A program made the translations under genes and the position numbers. From Octopus vulgaris (taxonomy: Eukaryota): a stretch of DNA of 64,000 bases. Numbering within the stretch: position 1 is the stretch's first letter; every line of letters starts with the position of its first letter. Positions 1 through 12,743 of this stretch are shown in pieces. The stretch spans positions 62,992,001 through 63,056,000 of the forward strand of contig OX597820.1 in the NCBI GenBank assembly GCA_951406725.2, written 5' to 3'. The notes under the pieces are model-generated. The model saw only the letters and a list, made by a program, of their open reading frames with translations. It made no database searches and had not been told where the DNA came from.

Positions 1-21
1 ATCTTCTGATTACCTCATTTC

Positions 22-69
<48 letters not shown>

Positions 70-139
70 CGTACACACATATGTAGCTCACTATTTATCT
101 CACCTTGTTGTCGAACCCAGTAGGAGCTGAAATTTGAAC

Positions 140-262
140 ACCCCAGTGCGTAACTGGTACATGTATTATCGACCTCAAAAGGATGAAGAGCAAGCTCGAA
201 ATCGGCGGCATTTTAAGTGAGAGTGTAAAGACAGGCGAAATTAATAGAAGCGCCCAAAATAC
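140..262 (-). mobile_element. Degraded tRNA-derived SINE fragment (Nin-domain-like family)
   Basis: Contains 'actggtac...atcgacctcaaaaggatgaagagcaag...cggcggcattt', homologous to copies at 20685-20785, 47715-47822 and 62120-62292. The reverse complement resembles the 'gcctttcatcctttcggggtcgataaa..gtaccagt' domain. Family name is from recall. Confidence 0.55.
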
Positions 263-827
263 AGTGACGAAAACAAAGCGACACCGCTTGTGAAGTGGTG
301 TGTGTGTGGAAGGGGACATGGCCATAAGCATACATGCACACAATACACACATATGTGCATGCATACATACATATATACACGTAGTCATAGAGACACACAT
401 CGCGCGAGCACACACAGACACACACACAGACTCGAGCTACAAATTTTGCAGCCTGAGTTTCTCAGGTTACTCGAATGCTGACGTTGTCACGCTTCCGTTA
501 GGGGCCTGTAAACCTTGAGGTAGCAAGGAAACGAATAAAAATGGTTTGAATAACGTATATATATGTATAGGACAAACTTCCAGATAGTTTCTGTTCTCCA
601 AGGCATTGGTCGGCTTGGGGCTATACTAGAAGGTATTCCCATCAGCACTTCTCAAAGTTATTCTTTATCTTGCAACAAATTGAGGTGCTTATCATTGTAT
701 GTGTTAACGTGTTCACCTCTATGTGAACGAGAGAAGCGAAAGGTTATATTTCTTCCAGGCCTCTGAATATACTGGAATTAGCAGCTAAATCGCTACTCTA
801 ATCTGGTTCTGACAGAAAAAACAAATA

Positions 828-1210
828 GAGTAGCTGTGTGGTACGTGGCTTGTTTACCAACCACATGGTTCTGGGTCAGTGCCACTGCGTAGTACCATGG
901 GAAACTGTCTTCTACTATAGCCTCGGCCCGACTAAAGAATTGCAATTGGATTTGGTAGAGGGGAAACTGAAAGAAGCCCGTCGTATATATGTATATATGT
1001 ATGTATGTGTATTTATATGTTTGTCCCCCCAACATCGCTTGACAACAGACGGTGGTGTGTTTACGCCCCCGTAACTTAGCGGTTAGGGAAAAGAGACTGA
1101 TAGAATAAGTACTAGGCTTACAAAGAATAAGTTCTGGGGTCGATGTGTTCGACTAAAGGCGGTACTCCAGTATGGCCGCAGCCAAATGACTGAAACAAGT
1201 AAAAGAATAA
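828..1210 (+). mobile_element. tRNA-derived SINE, family S1 (central microsatellite, A-rich tail)
   Basis: Head 'gagtagctgtgtggta...catggttctgggtcagtgccactgcg', body 'ggaaactgaaagaagcccgtcg', (TA/TG)n spacer, tail 'gactaaaggcggtactccag...tgactgaaacaagtaaaag'. Colinear with 14149-14552 and 39044-39500. Confidence 0.85.
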
Positions 1211-4200
1211 TTAAAAAAATAAAAGTATATTTTTGTTAGTATGCAATTTAGAAAGCATAGGCGGTATGTCAAAAGAGTTTCCATATTAATTTTCGTTATA
1301 GGTTTCTTTGAACGAGAAAGGCATGAGACTAAACAGCGACATACAGAGGGAGTGTGTATCTCCCCTTGTTGTTGAATCCCATAAGGAGTCGAAATTTGAA
1401 CGAAAACCGTACTATCTGTGATTTCATTAATATTTGACTCCTACAAATTTAAGACTCCTACAAACTGAAATGTTGTAATTTTTTCTTTCATATCCATGAA
1501 TGTAGTCTATGGTTTCTTTATCTCGATGTTATTTTCCTGGCGTACATAAAGTTTACAATCGCGAGCGTTGCTATCGAATGTACGGTACAAATGTCGTAGA
1601 GTGAATTTTGTTTATTGACTGCACGGACCGTTTGAAATATGAATGACTGATAACCTGAGAACCAATTTGAAAAAATTTAATGTACGAAGTCGCGAATTCA
1701 ATGATTGTACAGTGTATATCGTTATTACGAATATCTCTCTTTTACGTACCAGCTATTCTCGGCGTATGTTTCTATATCTGTTATTCTTAAATTTTCACTG
1801 CTGAATGTAGGGTTTATGTTGATCATATTTAAGACTTGAAAGTTTACGTGGTGGATCAGTGCAACTTTTCATACTATTACTGTGATTTCAGGAACTTCCC
1901 ATTTGTATATCATTCTTCCTTGAAATCATTCACACTCTTGTGGATGTTATTTGGATAGCGGTTGCATTGAGCATACATGCTTCGCTTGTATTTCTGCATA
2001 CAAGTATTCCTATTAGCTCTGGCAAAATGGCGACAAAATTATCAGAACTAGTTGAACACATCTTAACACTCTTCTACACAAGGTTCTTTGAAATTTGCAA
2101 TTACTAAGAATATACCTGCTTATTAGATTGAGGGAAAATAGTTGTGATTAGAGCTGACGTATAAATGACATAGCAGAATAGTACAATATAGCTTCCCTTC
2201 TTTTGTTATTATTAATTAGTGGAAGTGGCTCTCTGTGTATATCTTGTATATTCAAGATATCTCTTCTATTTAAGAGTTCATTATTATAATCTGCAGCACG
2301 ATTAAATTACTGTTGATCGGAAGTTATCCAGGCCATTCTTTCTAATGATATTAGCAGATAAATTCCTCAGAATAGAAGATGATTGGAGATTTATGGAAAT
2401 ACTGAAATATATATCACAGGGTTGTTTAAATGAATTAAATGTTCCTGAAATTAAACTAGTAGACATATTATTAAAAAAGATAATTAACTAGTATGTGTAC
2501 TCACAATAGTAATGGTGAAATTGATCCATTCACCTTTATTGTATCGAGCTTACTAATTAGTGGCATATCTAATTAAGAATGTTTTCTCTTAGAGGTTAAA
2601 ATTAATTGGCCAGCTACGTAAATACCTAGATGTGCAGGATTAAAATTAGTCGGAAGTGCATCTAAGATGAATAACCCAGTTGGATAGTAAACTTAATTGT
2701 AACCTGTAATAGAGACCGATACTAACTAATTACTGTTCAAATGTTCTAAATTAGTACATTCAAAACTTCCAACCTCAAATGTTATGCGTGCATTTACTAG
2801 CAAATTTAAAGCACAGCGTAGGAATGTGCGGCTTTTAGCAATTTTCCCAGGTTTCTGTAAACAAACTCAAATGAAATGAGGGGAAAATTTTAAATAAAGA
2901 ACTAGGGAACACAAAAGTGTGTGCAACCTTTTACATTTGAATAAAACGAACAACATGCTGAAATTTTGTGTTGCAACTTCAGCTGCAATATTTTAAAGCT
3001 TCCTCTTCTTGTGCACTTTTCCAGTTCCAATTAATTACGAAGGTTAATGCGCAGGGAATGAGTAAAAAAATTAATTGTTTTACTTTTACCCGAAAATATA
3101 AAGTATATAAAAATGAGGAACCCTAGATGAAGGAGACAAATGCCAAATAAGCACATCGGTAAGAAAGATAATTGCCAACCAGTTCGAAGGAAAAAGTGTT
3201 TAATCTCGATTACATTCTCGAGAAGCACTTAGCGCTCATTGTAATCCTCCTCGTCTTAGCCAAGAAAGTTTTAATTATTTAAAACGATTTTAATACATTT
3301 TTAACATGGCAGAGAAATTGCTATAAAAACATATTTTCCCTACGAAGATCACTGCAGCAATGTATCCTTGATATGAACGGAATTATAATTGACGAGTGAA
3401 ACACAAACCAAGCAGTAAGGGTCGATTGCATCGGGTACATAAACAAATTCTAGTTCTATACGAATCTTTGTAAAGTATCTAAATTTGCATTAAATTAAAC
3501 TGGAAGGATTAAAAGATGTTTTCAAATATATAAAACGTGTGAACTACACAGATGTAAATTCTCTTTTCCTTTCCCCCTCAATAAAGATGTGGAGCTCAAA
3601 ATATGCCTAATATTTCTGTACAGGCTGCTTGTCAAAATGGAAAGAATTGCATTTCTTAAATCTGTTGGTAAATAGTCCTATTTCGGAAGCCGGAGTAAAA
3701 GTAAAATAAAAAACGTGAAATTTTAGAAACAAGAATAATTTTCAGAATTTTAGTTGTTATCTGTAGTATGTCGAGGGACTACGTTTAGGTATCCGTCCAT
3801 TCGAAAGATAGGTGGATAGGAATCCACGCATACATGAACGGTACTTTTATTTCTATTGTTAGGGTACGAAGTTCATTTAAAAAAAAAAAAACTTGAATTT
3901 AAAAAAAAAAAATTTTAAGATATTTCTTTAGTATTTCAAGACGGTCGAACGACCATGTCGAGGCTTTCATAATTTCACCAGGTGGCTCGACAAACAACCA
4001 TACATGCAGAAGTACGCGGTCGAGTAGGCAATCTTCTGTAACGTTGGTACGTAAGCCGAGAGAGAAAGCAGCAAGATTTTCAAAAATGGGATATCTTGAA
4101 ATACCTACCTACCTACATACATACATACATACATATATACAAACAAATACACACACACACACAAGCATGTATATATGTATATATATGTATCTGTGTATGC

Positions 4201-4223
4201 ATTTATTTATGTACGTATGTAAG

Positions 4224-4261
<38 letters not shown>

Positions 4262-4319
4262 CATACATACTTACAAAGGATGTACGTACGCCGCTATATG
4301 TGTATATAAATCCGCAAAA

Positions 4320-4600
4320 CGGAAAAAAGGACGTAACTGACGACAAAAACATACGGACAGATAGACGATACCAAGACGGACAGGAAACACTAGGACGGAT
4401 GGTTCGTGACCCTCTGATCATCAGTGAAGCTCCCAATTATCATTACAGTTTCGGCCTGTTACACTTGAGACAGTTCAAAATTGGTAGACCCCAAAAATCT
4501 GAGCTAAGAGCATTAAATTTTTGGAAGCGGGCAAGCGAATGTGTATGACAACACAGACAAAAAACGAGAAAACTTAGAAAATGTCACACGATTACAAACA
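4320..4600 (-). repeat. Unclassified interspersed repeat, homologous to 38770-39005
   Basis: Minus strand shares ordered motifs 'acattcg', 'taatgctc..agct', 'gccgaaa', 'ctgaNgatYagagg' and 'atccgtcc' with 38770-39005 (+). Confidence 0.55.
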
Positions 4601-5389
4601 CAATCAACAAGAGAATAGCAACAGGTGTCTTGAGCAGTTGAAAATAAGGCATTGACAGGTAAACGGGATCAAAAATGTGCAACAATGTTCTCAGAGCCTA
4701 GAATATATCGTATATCACTCGTGGATTGTGAAATGTAATCCAACTGTCGAAATAATCTCGGAGAAAATTTATCTGGCTTACAATGTAAAGCGAAGAACAA
4801 TGGCTTAGGATCCGTAAATATTGTGAAGTTTGTCCCCTCCAAAATGTGTTGGAAGTGCTTAACTGAGAGGTAAATAGCTAACAGTTTACGACTAAACGTG
4901 CTATATTTAGTTTCAGCAGGTTTTAATTGCTTAAAGAAAAACGCCAGATATTTCCATTCGCCATGGTGAAGTTGTTGAATGACTGCGCCGACGCAAACTT
5001 CGGACGTGTAGACTACAAGAGAATTTTCGGCATCATGAATGGGTGAGCCAACATGGAAAAACGAGAGAGTTTCTGTTTAACATCGTCGAAATCTTATATT
5101 TCAGCAGGAGTTAAAGTGTTCTTTTCTTTTTTTTCTCCTTGCGGTGTTTAATTTTGAGTTCGACACCGTCATCGTGGCACCAACATTTGCATTTTAATGG
5201 CCTCTTTTACCTAGTGTAGGTGACTACAAGGCTATTCATAAGCGCTGAGGGACCTTGCCTTTTTTGCCAGTCATTAAGATAAGGTGCTTCTTGTGGCTGG
5301 GAGTTGTTTTAATTACTATTTCTAACAATACTTGTGTTGACTAGTGTCCTCAGTCACTTTAGTGACATGTATATATATATATATATATA

Positions 5390-5648
5390 TCACCGTAACC
5401 GACCAGGCTACACATCACTCGGCACAATGCGCTTCGCATTGTTTCAACCTTCAGATGGCGCCACCTCGCTGGCTATGCGAGCAGACCAACAGAAGAAAGA
5501 GTGAGAGACATTTGTCGCGAAAGAGTACAGCAGGGATCGCCACCACTCCCAGCCGGAGCCTCGTAGAGATTTAGGCGTTTTCGCCCAATAAACACTCACA
5601 ACGCCGCGAGACCGCTGTCCTAACCTCTGGACCATTGCGTCTCCTCAT
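5390..5648 (-). mobile_element. tRNA-derived SINE, family S2
   Basis: Minus-strand head 'gaggagacgcaatggtccagaggttagg' (A-box-like). Body 'ccggagcctcgtagag...caataaacactcacaacgcc' is shared with 18438-18748. Confidence 0.7.
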
Positions 5649-5738
5649 ATATGTATGCAAGTATGTGTATAAGTGTGTATATATGTAAATGTATGTTATA
5701 TGTATGTATATCTGTATGTATATATATATATGTATATA

Positions 5739-5806
<68 letters not shown>

Positions 5807-5939
5807 AAAATAGTAAAGTGTGAAAAAACGACAGAAGGCTTAAATGTTAAAAAATATATATATTTATGTCAAAATGTCTGGAGAATATTGGAAAAATTTT
5901 TTTTCCTTTCCTTAAAATGACATAATTTTAAAATTTTTA

Positions 5940-5979
5940 AAGAAATTACCGGTTTCGCGTGTAGCTTTTCAAATTTCTT
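5940..5979 (-). ncRNA. Minimal type I hammerhead ribozyme, U3-A8 core variant (PLE 3' UTR)
   Basis: Minus strand reads AAGAAAT-TTGAAAA-GC-TACAC-GC-GAAA-CCGG-TA-ATTTCTT: perfect 7-bp stem I, 2-bp stem II, palindromic stem III (ACCGGT), GUA cleavage triplet. Confidence 0.8.
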
Positions 5980-6162
5980 GTGACGTTATGTTTATATTGC
6001 ATGGAGTTATCGTTGTATTTATTTTCAGGAGATTTCTAAATAAGGGGAGGTAGTGAGTGATTTCTTCCGGTGTAAGGGAGATAATCGCTTAAAATTTCTT
6101 TTCCTTTTCCCTTGTTCATTTCTCTGTGTCAGTATGTTCGGATGGTTTTTCCCTTTCCCTTG

Positions 6163-6567
6163 TTAATTTCTCTGTGTCAGTATGTTCGGATGGTTGAGTC
6201 TGGGCTTGTACTTTTCAATGAAGAATGTTTCCTTGTTCAGTCTCATTTGTGTTGATGATCCGAAAGCACATTGGTAAAATGGGAAGATTAAAAATTGTGG
6301 CAGTAGTTGCTTTGCGCATTTCTCAATGTGCTCACTAAAAGGTATCATTCTATATTCTGGGAATGCAATCTGTTGTCGATGCAGTGTGCATCTACGCCTG
6401 AGTGATAGTCCCGTGGAACCCACGTAGTCTTGGTGGCAGCCCGAGCATTTAATGACATAAATTATGTTTTCAGAGGCACAAGTAAAGTTAGATTTGATCT
6501 TGAATTTCTGTCCCTCTTTAAAGAAGAATTCTGATCCTTCCAATAGGTTAGGACATGTTGCACAGTT
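6163..6567 (-). pseudogene. Inverted copy of the PLE GIY-YIG domain
   Basis: ORF 6163-6543 differs from the + copy only at QKF/QEF over the shared region. Confidence 0.88.
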
Positions 6568-6573
6568 AATTAA

Positions 6574-7323
6574 AACACCCTAATTGACAGACATTACCCA
6601 GCTCAACTCATAGAGGATGGGATCAGACGTGCAACAGAAATCAACATAGAAACTTTAAGAAAAGTTCAACACAACAACACACCTTCCCCGAAAATACTAC
6701 CTTACATATCTACATACAACCCCAGAAACAAAGAAGCCTTCACCATCATCACCCAGAATTTACCAATACTTCATAAAAACCCAAAATTAAAGGAAATTCT
6801 AAACATACACCAAATCATTAAAAGCTACAAACAGCCTAAATCACTTAAAAAGATTCTCACAAAGGCAAAATTGTCTTCTAAAATTACGGATGCAAAAGTA
6901 AAAAAATGTGGTAGATCGAACTGTGCAACATGTCCTAACCTATTGGAAGGATCAGAATTCTTCTTTAAAGAGGGACAGGAATTCAAGATCAAATCTAACT
7001 TTACTTGTGCCTCTGAAAACATAATTTATGTCATTAAATGCTCGGGCTGCCACCAAGACTACGTGGGTTCCACGGGACTATCACTCAGGCGTAGATGCAC
7101 ACTGCATCGACAACAGATTGCATTCCCAGAATATAGAATGATACCTTTTAGTGAGCACATTGAGAAATGCGCAAAGCAACTACTGCCACAATTTTTAATC
7201 TTCCCATTTTACCAATGTGCTTTCGGATCATCAACACAAATGAGACTGAACAAGGAAACATTCTTCATTGAAAAGTACAAACCCAGACTCAACCATCCGA
7301 ACATACTGACACAGAGAAATTAA
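6574..7323 (+). CDS. PLE ORF C-terminal part (RT thumb/linker, Cys-rich knuckle, GIY-YIG endonuclease); no start codon, 5'-truncated
   Basis: Uninterrupted frame NTLIDRHYPAQLIEDGIRRA...CGRSNCATC...NFTCASENIIYVIKCSGCHQDYVGST...RRRCTLH...KETFFIEKYKPRLN, typical of PLE GIY-YIG (IIY..YVG). The Cys knuckle resembles Neptune-type PLEs. Confidence 0.88.
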   Translation, partial: NTLIDRHYPAQLIEDGIRRATEINIETLRKVQHNNTPSPKILPYISTYNPRNKEAFTIITQNLPILHKNPKLKEILNIHQIIKSYKQPKSLKKILTKAKLSSKITDAKVKKCGRSNCATCPNLLEGSEFFFKEGQEFKIKSNFTCASENIIYVIKCSGCHQDYVGSTGLSLRRRCTLHRQQIAFPEYRMIPFSEHIEKCAKQLLPQFLIFPFYQCAFGSSTQMRLNKETFFIEKYKPRLNHPNILTQRN

Positions 7324-7506
7324 CAAGGGAAAGGGAAAAACCATCCGAACATACTGACACAGAGAAATGAACAAGGGAAAAGGAAAAGAAATTTTAAGCG
7401 ATTATCTCCCTTACACCGGAAGAAATCACTCACTACCTCCCCTTATTTAGAAATCTCCTGAAAATAAATACAACGATAACTCCATGCAATATAAACATAA
7501 CGTCAC

Positions 7507-7546
7507 AAAAAATTTGAAAAGCTACACGCGAAACCGGTAATTTCTT
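7507..7546 (+). ncRNA. Minimal type I hammerhead ribozyme, U3-A8 core variant (second arm)
   Basis: AAAAAAT-TTGAAAA-GC-TACAC-GC-GAAA-CCGG-TA-ATTTCTT; one stem I mismatch relative to the other arm. Confidence 0.78.
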
Positions 7547-7721
7547 TAAAAATTTTAAAATTATGTCAGTTTAAGGAAAGGAAAAAAAATTTTTCCAATA
7601 TTCTCCAGACATTTTGACACAAATATATATATTTTTTAACATTTAAGCCTCCTGTCGTTTTTTCACACTTTACTATTTTCTTATATATTCACCCACGTGC
7701 TTTACCAAACAAACTTTCTTA

Positions 7722-7769
<48 letters not shown>

Positions 7770-8799
7770 ATACATACTTATATGAAGGGAGAGAGAGAGA
7801 GCTATAGATTGGAGCAATGAGAAATACGTCTAAAAGGTCTAATAATCACCTTCAAATTTGATGACATTGTGCTTCATTGTGCTTCATTACATTTTTCCTT
7901 CTACTATACAGGTTCTGTAATGTTTTCATTATTAGATGTCTCTCTTTTTCGTTGTTGAAGACAGCTTAACTATACAAAATTTCCTTTTAAAATAGCAAAG
8001 ATGATGATTGAAAAACGTTATCTAGCGTTTCCCGACTTGACTACTCTTTGCCTTTTAAATTGCTATCTTTGTTTATTTTCTTTTCTTTTTGGTGAGCCAA
8101 TTTGGACGAGCTCACGTAATTAGATACTCCTCCCTGAGATCTTTTATTTAAGTGCAACTTATACAAGTATAATCCAGAAGTAAGGAAGTAATACTGCGTA
8201 AAAGTTCTAGCTATGTAATCACTCTCCAATTTTTGAATACATATAATCGTAACTTTTTTTAATATTTTTTAGCAATCAATTATATATTAAAATTACATTA
8301 GGTATACTAGGTAAAAGAGGCCATAAAAAAGCTAATGTTGGTGTCATGATGACAGTGTCGAACTCAAAATTAAGTATTACTGCTTCCGTATGATTTTTCT
8401 TTGCCCCGGATAACCATGAACATTGCGTTATGTGCAGATACTGCCGTGCTATACTTATTTCTTTCATGGAACATTCTTAGTTGCTTTTGTGTAAGTATAC
8501 AAAGTTTGATATAGTTATGTTCAGAAATGGCGCATTTTCCGAACATGTAGATACTAACAAATGCATGCTTTGAAAAATTTTAGTCTTTACCGATTAAGAA
8601 ACAGACGGCAGGCTGCATAGAAATTCCATTTCGCAACAAAGGCGCTATTAGTTTCATATAGCATTCTCCATATCTTGCGTAACAAGGACTCTTGATCCTG
8701 GACATTATAAAGAAGCAAACATCTAGATATAGCAATTCCTTACATACTGCTGATCACATTTCGTCTGCTATTCATATGCCCCTCTGCATTTGAATACTA

Positions 8800-9153
8800 T
8801 TTTACTCTTTAAATTGTTTCAATCATTTGACTGTTGTCATGCTGGAGCATCGCCTTTAGTCGAGTAAATCGAGCCCAGGACTTATTCTTTGTAAGCCTAG
8901 TATTTATTCTATCGGTCGTTTTTCCCGAACCGCTAAGTTACGGGGATGTAAACACACCAGCATCGGTTGTCAAGCGATGTTAGTGAGACAAACACAGACA
9001 CATAAACATATACACAGACATACACATATATAGATATATACAAATATACGACGGGCTTCTTTTAGATTCAGTCTGCCAAATCTACTCCCAAGGCTTTGTT
9101 CGGCCCGAGGGTATAGAAGACACTTGCCCAATGTGCCACGCAATGGGACTGAA
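8800..9153 (-). mobile_element. SINE family S1, 5'-truncated
   Basis: Reverse complement of the S1 body and tail ('cgcctttagtcgag', 'cgacgggcttcttt', 'gaagacacttgccca'). Confidence 0.85.
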
Positions 9154-9260
9154 TACACATCTACACGAGATACTGTCTCTAGAAGAATATCGTAGTTCTG
9201 TAGCTTTCTGCAGAACACATATATACGTTAACCAATATATAAAAATATGTATATATATAC

Positions 9261-9293
<33 letters not shown>

Positions 9294-9310
9294 TATGTAT
9301 GTATATATAT

Positions 9311-9506
9311 AGTTAATCCAAACAAGAAAGCACAAAAAAATCACAACAACGCGAGGACGTGGAACAATTACAGTATTATTGGACGCTCAGGAAAGAAGGA
9401 AAGAAGGAGGGTTTAACGTTTCGAGCGGAGCTCTTCGTCGGAAACATAGGAGAAGGAAAGATCCAGAGAAGGGAAGACAGAGGAAAAAAATCGTCAACGG
9501 TACACA
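9311..9506 (-). mobile_element. Solo PLE 3'-end (pseudo-LTR-like) fragment, family P1, with HHR at 9411-9445
   Basis: Minus strand reads GTTT-CCGACGA-A-GAGC-TCC-GCTC-GAAA-CG-TT-AAAC and ends 'ttggattaact' into (TA)n. Homologous to 27915-28106, 28296-28500 and 29340-29480. Confidence 0.75.
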
Positions 9507-10459
9507 TATTGAATGCTGTATTGAACTGACACTGATTTTTTCGCTAATAACTAATATGTGTGTGAGTGAGTGTAAGTGTGAGAGATAGGACATTTTATTT
9601 ATATTGTTTCGTTGAATTAACATTGATCGCACATGTAGCGATTTTCGGAGATAGGAAGCCAATGTAAGGCAAATACCAAAATCTTTGTGCTTTGAGAGTG
9701 CATGTGTTTAAACGTACAAATGATACGATTCAACTCCTAATGATATATCATAACATATTAGAAGTGTTTCCAATTAAATATTCTATTGTATGAAGTAGGG
9801 GGTCCATAGTATTGTGTTAATTATTCAGAATTCATGCTCAATAATTGTATTGCGATTATGGTATACTGCAGATGTAATTATATTTTAAATAATGGAGTAT
9901 AAGGTAACGTGTCATATAATGAAATCTAATTTCTTGATAACATTAATTTCAGAATTTGTTAATATTAAATCTATATTAATTGGAAGTGCAGCTTCCTTTA
10001 TTTGCATTATCTCCTTTAACATAGCAAAGTTTTAAGCACTTCCACCGATGCCTCATAAAAGAAAATCCTCTTCCCATATTAATCAGGTTTTGTTTAGCAG
10101 GACATATCTCATCTTGCTTATTAACATTAATCGTCAACCAACATTAGATAACAAAATCTGACGGGGGTTAGAGGGTTCTGGTGAAATGAATGGTAAACAT
10201 TTAAAAAAACAAAATGAAAAAGAAATCTAACACGTCACATTCTTAAATTGTAAAGGAATCATGGCCAAATGAAGGAATTAAAGTAAAATGCTTAACCAGA
10301 TATCATTTAGTATTATATACGCCTAAACATTTAAATGTGCGCACATTCGAAGGAATTCATATGTAGCATTTGTTCCCCTTTCTTTTCTTTTTTCCTCCTT
10401 TGTTTCTCTTTTGTTCTTTCCTTCTTTCTCCGTTTCTTTTTGTCTTTTATCTGCTTATC

Positions 10460-10490
10460 TATCTATCTATCTGTCAGTCTGTCTGTCTGT

Positions 10491-10551
<61 letters not shown>

Positions 10552-10552
10552 C

Positions 10553-10596
<44 letters not shown>

Positions 10597-10651
10597 CTGT
10601 CTATCTATTTATTTATCTTTCTATCTGTCTATCTACCTATCTGTCTATCTA

Positions 10652-10682
<31 letters not shown>

Positions 10683-10705
10683 ATCTATCTATCTATCTAT
10701 CTGTC
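10460..10705. repeat. Compound (TATC)n/(CT)n/(TA)n microsatellite
   Basis: Directly visible. Confidence 0.95.
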
Positions 10706-10813
10706 AACCAATTCAACTCTTTACTCACTGTCTCTGTCTAATATATACGCAAACATATACTTACGCACGCACACACATACACTCGCACAGACATATATAA
10801 TGCATATATACAT

Positions 10814-10851
<38 letters not shown>

Positions 10852-11820
10852 GAATAATAGAAAGAGAGAAAGAAAAATACATGTCTGTACATAATTTAAT
10901 TTTATAACGTGTCGTATTCAGCAACATTCAATTTCTCTAGACCTTACAGGGGCAAGCACATAATAGATATCTGGACAATAGATTTAGTAGACAAATCAAT
11001 ACTTGAAATTGCATTAATCCGAAAAATTACTGAATGAAGAATTATACTCTGGAAGAGGAATTAATGCACAATTCCTAATACTAGGAATTTGATAACCAAG
11101 TAATCAATTAAGAGTTGATATAATGTGCACAGTTATTCATTTCGAAATTACATAACGGGACATACTTATCAGTTTATGGCAACAAGTTTTAAAAAAAATC
11201 TAATCAAATATTCATTATGATATTACATAGAGTATAAGAACGAAAGATAAACGATGTATACGGAACGGATATTCGTGTGATTTGAGTTTCACGGAGAACT
11301 TTGAGCATTTGCTTTGCATCGGAAGAAAATCACAAAATGGATTCCGAAAATGTGGATTTACATCACCGTATCCTGGTAGTGAATTCCGAATAAGATATCA
11401 TATTCATTAAACCTGTGTATTTATAAGTTTTAGTTTCTAAATCGGGATTTACATTATAATTCCTAAATAGTTTTCAATGGGGCTTTATTTCGCATTTTAG
11501 ATTAGGTGTTATAATCAGATTCATAATTGGTTTCCTAAACTTGCTTCGGCTTAATAATATCATGCATTCTTATATACATAAATAGCTCGTATTATTATGC
11601 TGAAGTACCCTATGTTCGTACATGTATATGCATACTTATATAGGTGGGGGTTAATTGAATGTGAGTGCATTTAGTTGTGTGCACATTTATGAAACTATGG
11701 GCGTATGTACGCATGACCATTTATGTGAAAAAGCCTTGACTTTTAAGTATATACGTATATATCTTTACATGTCTTTCTAAACGCGTGTAAATTTATGTGT
11801 CTATTGTGTGTGTGAGCGTA

Positions 11821-11868
<48 letters not shown>

Positions 11869-12297
11869 GGTGTGTGTTTCCAGGTGTATATAAGCATACA
11901 GGTTGATAGTTTTAGTTGCTGATCTATAAATATATTTATCTGTAGTACTAATCTACGTGTCGGTTTCTGTTAGTCGTTTTCCTTAGAAGCTTTCTATGCA
12001 TGCATGTATGTATGTATGTATGTATGTATGTATGTATGTATGTATGTATGTATGTATGTATGTATGTATGTATGTATGCATGCATGTATGTATATATGTA
12101 TGTATGTATGTTTGTATGTATGTATGTATGTATTTATGAATGCATGTATATATTTATGTATTTATCTTTCTCTCTGTCTATAAACGTATTAATATATGTA
12201 TATATAACCGTAAATCCACCTAGCTTTCTATCTATTTATCTATGTATTCATCTCACTGTATATATATCTAAATATATATATATACATATATATTTAG

Positions 12298-12348
<51 letters not shown>

Positions 12349-12355
12349 TACATAC

Positions 12356-12413
<58 letters not shown>

Positions 12414-12636
12414 TCAATATAGGGTGGCAAAAAAAATTTTGTAGAATTCTTTTGCCACCAGCGGCCTAGTAGGAAAAAATTAAAATAGTCATAGACCATT
12501 TTTAAGTTTAACATCAACAATAAAGGAACGGCCATAATAGGCCATTCACCCACTAGAAATAACAGCCAAAGCTTCAACCGCAAATAAAAGTTAATTCAGT
12601 AAACCAGGAGAAAATTTAAAAAACATTTACCCTGTA

Positions 12637-12743
12637 ATTTCTTATACGATATACCGTTTCATCTGCTGATTAATGGTAAACTAACCTGATTAAATTAAAT
12701 CAAGCCAATCTTCCACAGGCCCTCAGATTCTTCAGTAAGAAAT
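12637..12743 (-). ncRNA. Type I hammerhead ribozyme, canonical core, 58-nt loop II (array A unit 1)
   Basis: Minus strand reads ATTTCTTA-CTGAAGA-ATCTG-(58 nt)-CAGAT-GAA-ACGGTATATCGT-A-TAAGAAAT: 8-bp stem I, 5-bp stem II, quasi-palindromic stem III, GUA site. Predicted cut between 12645 and 12644. Confidence 0.88.

Larger units (their letters stand above)
5798..7723. mobile_element. 5'-truncated Penelope-like element with a ~770-bp inverted duplication of its 3' part, flanked by (TA)n
   Basis: 5798-6567 is the near-perfect reverse complement of 6919-7688, with a spacer at 6568-6918. GIY-YIG coding is present in both arms. (TA)n tracts abut both ends. Confidence 0.92.

Noticed and set aside
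4900-5110. Possible host exon(s) suggested by tttcagcag acceptors and a gggtgagc donor
   Set aside because: No recognisable protein motif or consistent frame; cannot be supported without transcripts.
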